From Holosporales bacterium (GTDB lineage Bacteria > Pseudomonadota > Alphaproteobacteria > UBA3830 > JAIRMZ01): a stretch of 37,400 bases of DNA. Both the position numbers and the translations under genes were made by a program. Numbering within the stretch: position 1 is the first letter of the stretch; the number at the start of each line of letters is the position of its first letter. This document shows, piece by piece, positions 9,370 to 16,188 of this stretch. The notes beneath the pieces were generated by a model. The model saw only the letters and a list, made by a program, of their open reading frames with translations. It was not told where the DNA came from and ran no database searches. The DNA lies in assembly GCA_031255325.1 (NCBI GenBank), contig JAIRST010000027.1, positions 1 to 37,400 of the forward strand. Direction: 5' to 3'.

Positions 9370-9813
9370 TTACATATTAATTGTTACCGGAAAAGAAACA
9401 GGGTAATAGGTTTTATTTAGAGATAGACCCCCTGTGACATGCGCTATTAAGCACCTGTTTAAGAAAGGCGTATCATCAACCTGTACCTGAACATTGCACA
9501 AGCGTGGTTCATAATGTGCAATAAGGTTTTGCAAATAATTTGCATAGGTTTCTTGGAAAAAATCCGTACCCTGTGGGCGTGAAAAAACAATGTCACGCAT
9601 ACCATAGGCATAAGGTGTAATGAAAGTATCTTTTCCTTGCCAATAAGGGCTTGTATGCTCGTTAAGAAGATGCTCTATCTCGTGCAAAACAGATTGTTTT
9701 AATGTCTCGACCGTATGATACGCAGAAAAGGTTAAAGGCGTATTTCCACCTGTTGCGAACCTTTCAAAAAGGGGGCGTTTTTCGTAAAAATGCGTACGTT
9801 CTATTGGTGTCAT
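9370..9813 (-). CDS. tssE: Type VI secretion baseplate protein TssE (gp25-like)
   Basis: 147 aa. Contains LKQSVLHEIEHLLNEHT, AYGMRD and IAHYEPRL, typical of the GPW/gp25 family. One nucleotide separates its stop from the tssF ATG. Confidence 0.85.
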   Translation of the reverse strand: MTPIERTHFYEKRPLFERFATGGNTPLTFSAYHTVETLKQSVLHEIEHLLNEHTSPYWQGKDTFITPYAYGMRDIVFSRPQGTDFFQETYANYLQNLIAHYEPRLCNVQVQVDDTPFLNRCLIAHVTGGLSLNKTYYPVSFPVTINM

Positions 9814-10349
9814 TTCTGATCTTTCGTTAGATCAGAGGTAAATACAGCGTTTCCCGTAGGACGCCCTGTTTGCGGATCGAGGACGATGATTTTGTCCGAA
9901 ATTTTGCTGAAATAAAAAGAATAGTATTCTTCTCGTCCTATGTAGCGAATTTCACGCAAAAAGCAGTCAGAAAACTTTGTGCATCGTATCACAGTACTTT
10001 TCTTTTTCCCGGGCTCCAGTCCGTAAAATGTCAATTCAGGAAGAGGAAATTTCTGATGAAATTTCTCTTGTAGGCTCGCAGAGTGAGCCCCAAAAACTAT
10101 ACCAAATTCTACAGGATCAGAATAAATAACCCCCAATCTTTTGAACGTTTTTAGAAAAGAATCTTGGACTGTATGCCGCGCTGCATAGCTCCACCCTGTA
10201 CACGGTGCAGCGTTTTTATATCCTTGGACAACAGAAGAAAAAACATCCTTTGCAGAGATAAGCCAGTAAGGCTCTTTTGCAGAAGCACATGATGTGAGAG
10301 GAACGCTTGGGCTTCTTATTTCATAAGAACTCATGGTAGAAGTTTCCAC
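9810..10349 (-). CDS. Hypothetical protein in the T6SS operon (possible very divergent Hcp-like paralogue)
   Basis: 179 aa, with no signal peptide, no TM segment and no motif I recognise. GAGGAG lies 7 nt before the GTG start, and an alternative ATG lies 5 codons in. Its TGA overlaps the tssE ATG (ATGA). The C-terminal ~50 residues align by eye at roughly 20 percent identity with the adjacent Hcp C-terminus. Confidence 0.6.
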   Translation of the reverse strand: METSTMSSYEIRSPSVPLTSCASAKEPYWLISAKDVFSSVVQGYKNAAPCTGWSYAARHTVQDSFLKTFKRLGVIYSDPVEFGIVFGAHSASLQEKFHQKFPLPELTFYGLEPGKKKSTVIRCTKFSDCFLREIRYIGREEYYSFYFSKISDKIIVLDPQTGRPTGNAVFTSDLTKDQK

Positions 10350-10399
10350 CTTCTAACTCCTCTACGAGATTGTCGGTTGTCCAGCTTAATCTCAAACGA

Positions 10400-10975
10400 T
10401 TATTCGCCCGCTGCAGACCACGTGCTATAGTTAAATCCGGCCGCAACGTTTCCGGAATCCGTTCCTGTTCTGTCGCGATGCGTATAGCTGAAATCAATCT
10501 GGTCGTAATAGATTGTGATGATAGCTAAATCGCCATCAGAAAATATTCCTTTTATTTGGCAATTAGTTAAAGTCAAGCCGCGTTTCGTTTGCACTCCTGA
10601 TTTCAAATTGATCATCGTGTTAATGGTGATGGTATCAATTACGTCGGCAGAGGTATGCTTTTCGAACAAAAGAGCAATATGTTTATCATCTTCAATAACG
10701 ATATCAACGGTGTGTGCTTGCAACTGTCCATAGTCTGTAACACGTGATGTTGCTTCTCCTCGCATCAGCCGATCGAATTCCAAAACACATCCATAACAAG
10801 AGAGGTATGTTTCCATGCCGCTTGTTGTGCCTTCTGTGATATCCGGAACCTCAATTAAAAACGGAGGCGTGCGAGATTGAGCCCGTCCATCTTTTGACAT
10901 GTACTTTTCGCGCACATGGTCTAATAACCGCAGTTTTGCATTACGTTCTGCGTAGAGAGAGAGCGTATCACTCAT
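10400..10975 (-). CDS. hcp: Type VI secretion tube protein Hcp (TssD), divergent, with N-terminal extension
   Basis: 191 aa. It occupies the canonical position after tssC. From residue ~37 (PPFLIEVPDITEGTT...) to the C-terminal IITIYYDQIDFSYTH...GNVAAGFNYS the pattern matches Hcp-family beta-barrel proteins. A strong AAGGAG Shine-Dalgarno lies 7 nt before ATG 10975. Confidence 0.65.
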   Translation of the reverse strand: MSDTLSLYAERNAKLRLLDHVREKYMSKDGRAQSRTPPFLIEVPDITEGTTSGMETYLSCYGCVLEFDRLMRGEATSRVTDYGQLQAHTVDIVIEDDKHIALLFEKHTSADVIDTITINTMINLKSGVQTKRGLTLTNCQIKGIFSDGDLAIITIYYDQIDFSYTHRDRTGTDSGNVAAGFNYSTWSAAGE

Positions 10976-11011
10976 CTTTAATCTCCTTCTTCATCATTTT
11001 CTGTGCCCCTT

Positions 11012-12469
11012 TTATTTCGCGGGAGGAGGTAAAGTTGCTACCAACCGAATGGAAGCCGTCAATTCCTCAAGTTGGAAATGAGGGCGTAGGAAAATTGTTG
11101 CCTTATACGACCCTGGTTTTCCCGGAACATCGAAAACATCGACACGCGCTTCACGTAAGGGATAGCGCGCTTTCAATGCTTGCGAGGCGTTGTCATTTAA
11201 GATGACGTAATTTGCAATCCAGGTGTTCAGGTAGTGCTCGACCTCATCCTTTGTCGCAAATGACCCAATTTTATCGCGCATAATAGCTTTAATGTAATGC
11301 GCAAAGCGTGACGCCGCTAAAATATAGGGCAAACGCCCACTCAAGGAAGCGTTTGCGTTAGCATCATCTGTATTATAGACCTTTGGTTTTTGCGTTGTTT
11401 GCCCACCGAAAAAGGCAGCATAATCAGTTCCTTTACTGTGACAGAGTGCCAGAAATCCCAGATCGCCTAATTCTTTTTCGCGCCGATCTGTAATAGCAAT
11501 TTCTGTTGGACATTTTAGGGCGATATCTCCATCCGTTGTTTTAAACGTATAAGCGGGAAGATCTGTGACGAGTCCTCCGCCTTCAACACCGCGAATTGCT
11601 GCTGGCCATCCATAATGAGCAACGGCATCTGTAACGCGTTGTGCAAGAACAAAAGCTGGATTCCCCCAACAGAATTTGGCGTTGTCTGTGCCGTATAAAT
11701 CTTCTTTAAAAGCGAGTCCATCAACAGGCTGCGTATCTGGTCCATAAGGCAATCGGGCGAGAACATGCGGCAATGTCAAGGCGACATAACGTGCATCTTC
11801 GCTATCTCGGAACGAGCGCCATTTAATCATCTCAGTACTTTCGAATATTTTTGAAAGATCCCGTGGTTCCGATAAATGCGTATAGGCATCCATATCAAAA
11901 AGGATAGAGCTTGCCATTGTAATAAAGGGGGCATGCGCTGCTGCGGCAACATTTGAAATTTTCGACAAAAGCTCCATATCCTGGGGAGAACGCGTGAATT
12001 CATACCCTCCAACAAGGCAAGAGTAAGGATTCCCTCCGAAAGTGCCGTACTCTTCTTCATAAACTTTTTTGAAAAGAGCGCTTTGATCAAATTCAACAGC
12101 TTTTTCTAAATCATCAAGAAGCTCTGCCTTTGTGACATTTGCAAGACGCAATTTTAGATGGGTTCCGGTTTCCGAGTTCATCACCAGATAGCGCAAGCTG
12201 CGCCATGTTCCTTCTAATTCTAGGAAATCTGGATGATGCAAGACTTCGTTCAATTGTGCGTTGATAGCATCATCAACACGTTGCACTTCACGTGTAACAA
12301 AAGCGAATGTGTTGGAGAGTAAAGGTTCTTGTGCCGCATCGATGCGATCTAAGAATTCCACCAGCATCTTTGACGCATAGTCTTCAAGATTAGGCGTGCG
12401 TGCGAGCTTTCCTTCTTTAAAAAGGCGCTCTAAAAGGGTTTCTGGATCAAGGGGTGTTGCCTGGGCCAT
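11012..12469 (-). CDS. tssC: Type VI secretion contractile sheath large subunit TssC (VipB)
   Basis: Contains HHPDFLELEGTWRSLRYLV and other TssC-typical blocks; about 485 aa. I place the start at ATG 12469 (MAQATPL...), preceded by GGAG. The ORF track extends it to TTG 12481. Confidence 0.93.
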   Translation of the reverse strand: MAQATPLDPETLLERLFKEGKLARTPNLEDYASKMLVEFLDRIDAAQEPLLSNTFAFVTREVQRVDDAINAQLNEVLHHPDFLELEGTWRSLRYLVMNSETGTHLKLRLANVTKAELLDDLEKAVEFDQSALFKKVYEEEYGTFGGNPYSCLVGGYEFTRSPQDMELLSKISNVAAAAHAPFITMASSILFDMDAYTHLSEPRDLSKIFESTEMIKWRSFRDSEDARYVALTLPHVLARLPYGPDTQPVDGLAFKEDLYGTDNAKFCWGNPAFVLAQRVTDAVAHYGWPAAIRGVEGGGLVTDLPAYTFKTTDGDIALKCPTEIAITDRREKELGDLGFLALCHSKGTDYAAFFGGQTTQKPKVYNTDDANANASLSGRLPYILAASRFAHYIKAIMRDKIGSFATKDEVEHYLNTWIANYVILNDNASQALKARYPLREARVDVFDVPGKPGSYKATIFLRPHFQLEELTASIRLVATLPPPAK

Positions 12470-12483
12470 GATTTTCTCCAAAC

Positions 12484-13062
12484 TTATTGCTTTTTGCTCG
12501 TGTCGGGGGAAGTATTTTCCACTTGAGACTTTTTATTTCCTCCTGGCAAAGAAGATGCTGGTTTTGCTCGCGCAGCAATCTGTTGGCGTACCGCATCTCG
12601 TAGATCTTTATTGGTAAGCAAAGCATCTAATAGAGCAAATAAAGGGTCGTTCCCTTCCATTTTGGCCTGAATATCACGCAACACAACGCGTGATTCATAA
12701 AGAGTATTTAAAGCCGGAACGCTTTTCACAACCGCTAAAGGACCGAAGTCTTCCATCGATGAGAAAAAAAGTTCTACCCCCGTTTGTGGTTTGTCCGTTG
12801 TTAATTTGTTGGCTACTTCAAACGCAAGCCGTGGCTTTATGGAAGCAAGAATTTCATCGAAGTTGTCTCTGTCGATTTCTACAAATTTACGGTCTTTAAA
12901 GCGTGGAAGAGGTGTTTCAGGTTTTCCTGAAAGATCTGCGAGAATGCCGACAAGAAAGGGAAGTTCCTTCATCTGGATCGCATCCCCGATTTCAACATCA
13001 TAAGTGATTTGGACGCGTGGTGGACGGACACGGTCAAGAATATGTTGCGTACTTTCAGCCAT
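12484..13062 (-). CDS. tssB: Type VI secretion contractile sheath small subunit TssB (VipA)
   Basis: 192 aa. RVQITYDVEIGDAIQMKELPFLVGILADLSG is the hallmark TssB N-terminal block. It is followed directly by tssC. Confidence 0.92.
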   Translation of the reverse strand: MAESTQHILDRVRPPRVQITYDVEIGDAIQMKELPFLVGILADLSGKPETPLPRFKDRKFVEIDRDNFDEILASIKPRLAFEVANKLTTDKPQTGVELFFSSMEDFGPLAVVKSVPALNTLYESRVVLRDIQAKMEGNDPLFALLDALLTNKDLRDAVRQQIAARAKPASSLPGGNKKSQVENTSPDTSKKQ

Positions 13063-13480
13063 CGGTTTTTATCCCTTAAAATCGCTAACGCGCTTTTTGT
13101 TCTAAAAGTAGGATAAGAAGAAAAGTTTAAAAGTATGTAAACGTAATTAGAAAATTTAATAAAATTCTTTTATGTTTGACCATATCCGAGGATTTTTAAG
13201 AAATAGAACACAAAAAACGTACGGGAGGGTTTGAACTCGAAAGAACAAAATGTCCAATGGAAGAGAGATCTAAAAGGACTCTCAATGGATTCAATTTTTC
13301 GAAGAATGCACCAATCATATAAAGATTTTTGACGAAAAACACTCATATAAAATCAAAGCGTACGGAACAGGTGAAAGAATTGAGCAGGAACGTGATGACA
13401 AAAAATAGCAACAGGACCCTTATGGAAGAAATTTTTAATAAAGCTCTAGAGGAAGTTCATGGAGCAGAGGTATTTGTACT

Positions 13481-14017
13481 TTAAACGCGTTTGTATGTCA
13501 CCGTACGTGGCGTTGGCAGAGGAGCCTGTACCCCTTGCTTCGCTTCAGATGTATCGCGAATAACACGAGAACGTCCTGCTTGACCAACAATCACAATGAC
13601 GGCACTGCCCTTAGGAAGCAGATCCTCAAGACCTTGCACAACTGTCATCACTTGACCATTTGTTAATTTGATAGTGTACTCCACAGCCTCTTGTTCTCTA
13701 AGGGCCTGTTGCGCCATTGCTCCACCAATAGCCCCCCCTATCGCACCTATCGCTGTCATCGCTGTTTTCCCATCGCCTTTACCAAATGCAGACCCCAGAA
13801 GGCCTCCACCAACAGCGCCAAGAGCGCCACCCTCTACGTTTTCTTGCAGCTGTTCGCTCCCTACGCGCACTTTTCTAACATTCAAAATCGTCCCTTGATA
13901 GGAAAAAGACGCTTCGCCTACATGATTTTCACTATAAACATTCGAGTCAATGCGACGTGTACATCCTGCAAGGAGCAGGGCAGCAATGCATACCGAACAC
14001 CCTAGATATTTATTCAT
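13481..14017 (-). CDS. Glycine-zipper outer-membrane lipoprotein (17-kDa surface antigen / SlyB-like)
   Basis: The start is trimmed to MNKYLGCSVCIAALLLAGC (lipobox LLAGC). Glycine-zipper run: GGALGAVGGGLLGSAFGKGDG...AIGAIGGAIGGAMA. Confidence 0.75.
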   Translation of the reverse strand: MNKYLGCSVCIAALLLAGCTRRIDSNVYSENHVGEASFSYQGTILNVRKVRVGSEQLQENVEGGALGAVGGGLLGSAFGKGDGKTAMTAIGAIGGAIGGAMAQQALREQEAVEYTIKLTNGQVMTVVQGLEDLLPKGSAVIVIVGQAGRSRVIRDTSEAKQGVQAPLPTPRTVTYKRV

Positions 14018-14172
14018 ACTTTTCTTTCTTTTGTTAAGCAGATAGAACTTTAACATAGGATTATTTAAAAGGTAAGATACGGTATGAGGATCAATCCTCT
14101 TTCTCGTAAATGAAGAGAGTAGAATTTAATCAGCTCCTTTTATAAAGTTTTTCTTCCTCGTATGCTGCTTTC

Positions 14173-15408
14173 ATGCCGCGTGTTATCACTTTTGGATGTC
14201 GTTTAAATGCGCTAGAGTCAGAGATTCTCCGTGAGAATGCGCAAAAACTTGGACTGCGAGATGTCATTTTAATCAATAGCTGTGCCGTTACAGCTGAGGC
14301 TGAACGGCAAGTGCGCCAAGCGGTGCGTAAAGCGATTCGAGAACACCCTGATAGGCGTGTCATCGTAACAGGGTGTTCGGTAGACATTGATCTAAAACCC
14401 TATTTGGAAATTCCCGGTGTCGTTGGCGTTTTACCCAATGCGCGAAAGCTTGATGTGGAAGCTTTAAGGCCTTTTTGCAAACAGGCAGAAACAAAGGATT
14501 GCGAAGGACAATTTTCGTATCCAGCATCCCGAGCACGCGCTTATGTTGCCATTCAAAATGGATGCAATCATTTTTGTTCGTACTGTATTATTCCGCATAC
14601 TCGCGGGAAAAGCCATAGCATGCCTTTGGAAAAGATTCTTTTTGATGTACGCGCAGCAGTTCAGAAAGGGTACATCGAGGTCGTATTAACGGGAATAGAT
14701 ATTGCTGCTTACGGGAAAGAAGAGGAGCTTACATTAGGGAGATTGGTTTCCCACATTTTGCAGGAAGTACCAGATCTACCGCAATTACGTTTGTCATCTT
14801 TAGATCCAGCTGCTATTGATAATGATTTACTCCAAGCGTTTGCCACAGAAGAGCGACTTATGCCTCATGTGCATCTAAGTTTGCAATCGATGTCGACATC
14901 TGTTCTAAAAGCGATGCGTCGCCGGCATACGCAAAAAAGTGCTTTGGATATGTGTTACTCTTTGCGAAAAGCACGGCCTGATATTGTGTTGGGCGCTGAT
15001 TTGATCGCGGGGTTCCCTACGGAAACGGAGGCAGATTTCGAGGAAACGCTCAAAACGCTTCCTGCTTTACGGCTGGCGTTTCTTCATGCTTTTCCTTATT
15101 CAAAGCGTCCGAATACACTAGCTGCCACGATGCTGGATTTGTCCCGCTCTGTTATTTTGGAACGTGCTAGGCGGTTACGTCTTTTTGCGCACGAGGCTTT
15201 GCAAATATGCTTGCAACAGCACATAGGGCAAACTTTACCCGTACTCATCGAACATCCCCTGAAAGGAAGAACGCCTCACTTTATGCATGTTACATGGAAA
15301 GAGCCTGTTCACGCACAGTCTCTTATCCCTATGCACATTACAGGATGCCAGGAAGAGGCACTCGTCGCAACCTTCTCTAAAGAATGCAGTACGCACCTGA
15401 TATTATGA
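14173..15408 (+). CDS. mtaB: Radical-SAM methylthiotransferase, MtaB-like (tRNA ms2t6A synthesis)
   Basis: 411 aa. N-terminal MTTase block TFGCRLNALESE; radical-SAM cluster motif GCNHFCSYC; C-terminal TRAM-like region. Confidence 0.82.
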   Translation: MPRVITFGCRLNALESEILRENAQKLGLRDVILINSCAVTAEAERQVRQAVRKAIREHPDRRVIVTGCSVDIDLKPYLEIPGVVGVLPNARKLDVEALRPFCKQAETKDCEGQFSYPASRARAYVAIQNGCNHFCSYCIIPHTRGKSHSMPLEKILFDVRAAVQKGYIEVVLTGIDIAAYGKEEELTLGRLVSHILQEVPDLPQLRLSSLDPAAIDNDLLQAFATEERLMPHVHLSLQSMSTSVLKAMRRRHTQKSALDMCYSLRKARPDIVLGADLIAGFPTETEADFEETLKTLPALRLAFLHAFPYSKRPNTLAATMLDLSRSVILERARRLRLFAHEALQICLQQHIGQTLPVLIEHPLKGRTPHFMHVTWKEPVHAQSLIPMHITGCQEEALVATFSKECSTHLIL

Positions 15409-16188
15409 GGGGTACGATGGAAATGCGTGGAAGCGTCTCTATTGGAAATATCATGATTGAGGCAAGGATATACACGACTAAAAGACATTATGCGTTCGTG
15501 CTGTGTGAGAAGAAACTCCTGGCTTATAAGATTAAAGAAGTAAGAAACAAGTACGATTCTGAAAATACCTGTATAGGATGAGCTTTATTCTTTTATTTAA
15601 AGAAGAAAACTATGTTTGAGGGAGAACAGCTGTTGACGGGAATAGTGTTGCGTTTAGCAGCAGCCATGGAAAAGCTAGTTCTTTAAATCTTTAAAATCCA
15701 TGCAAAACAAAATGACACGTCATTAAAAAATACTGTATACATAAATGCAAATTTATGCATACAAAAAAATGATTTCCAATACGATAGAGTTTACTATCAA
15801 TTAATCGAAACTGGGAGTAATACTCGATAGGAGTTTGATGTCAGGAATGGGGAATTTTTAAAATCACACAACACTTATTATTGGACTATAATGAAATTAT
15901 GTAGTCAACTCATAGGGAATAGATGACGTATCTGCGCGAAAAATTTATATTAATGTCAATTTCTAGAATCTGTTTAGGAGAATCGTATTATTTTATGTGG
16001 CTCTATTACTGCGCCAGATGACGCCCACTAATCAAGTGTTCCTCAAAATCCAATTGTATGCTGAAATTATTGTCACCTTTATTGATTAACAAAAACGTCC
16101 TCTATCCTATTCCTTAACCAATTATGCCGATGATGTGTTAATTCCTGGAAATTATGCAACCTCTGCAAAATTCTCTACAATTCTTTCC

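Noticed and set aside
13233-13246. GAAC-N6-GAAC direct repeat upstream of tssB, considered as an alphaproteobacterial LexA box
   Set aside because: The spacing is 6 nt, not the 7 nt of the known GAAC-N7-GAAC box. It is kept only as a repeated word in the leader-region finding.
15384-15581. 65-aa ORF overlapping the end of mtaB, considered as a candidate pilin or small accessory gene upstream of the usher
   Set aside because: It has no signal peptide, no Shine-Dalgarno and no pilin-like terminal strand, and it starts inside mtaB. It is probably a chance ORF.
15409-16134. Direct repeat of the tRNA-Phe 3' end (att site) or an integrase gene that would delimit a genomic island
   Set aside because: Only a 6-nt match (GAATCG) to the tRNA 3' half was seen, and no integrase or transposase ORF is present. 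The island interpretation therefore rests on composition and tRNA adjacency only.
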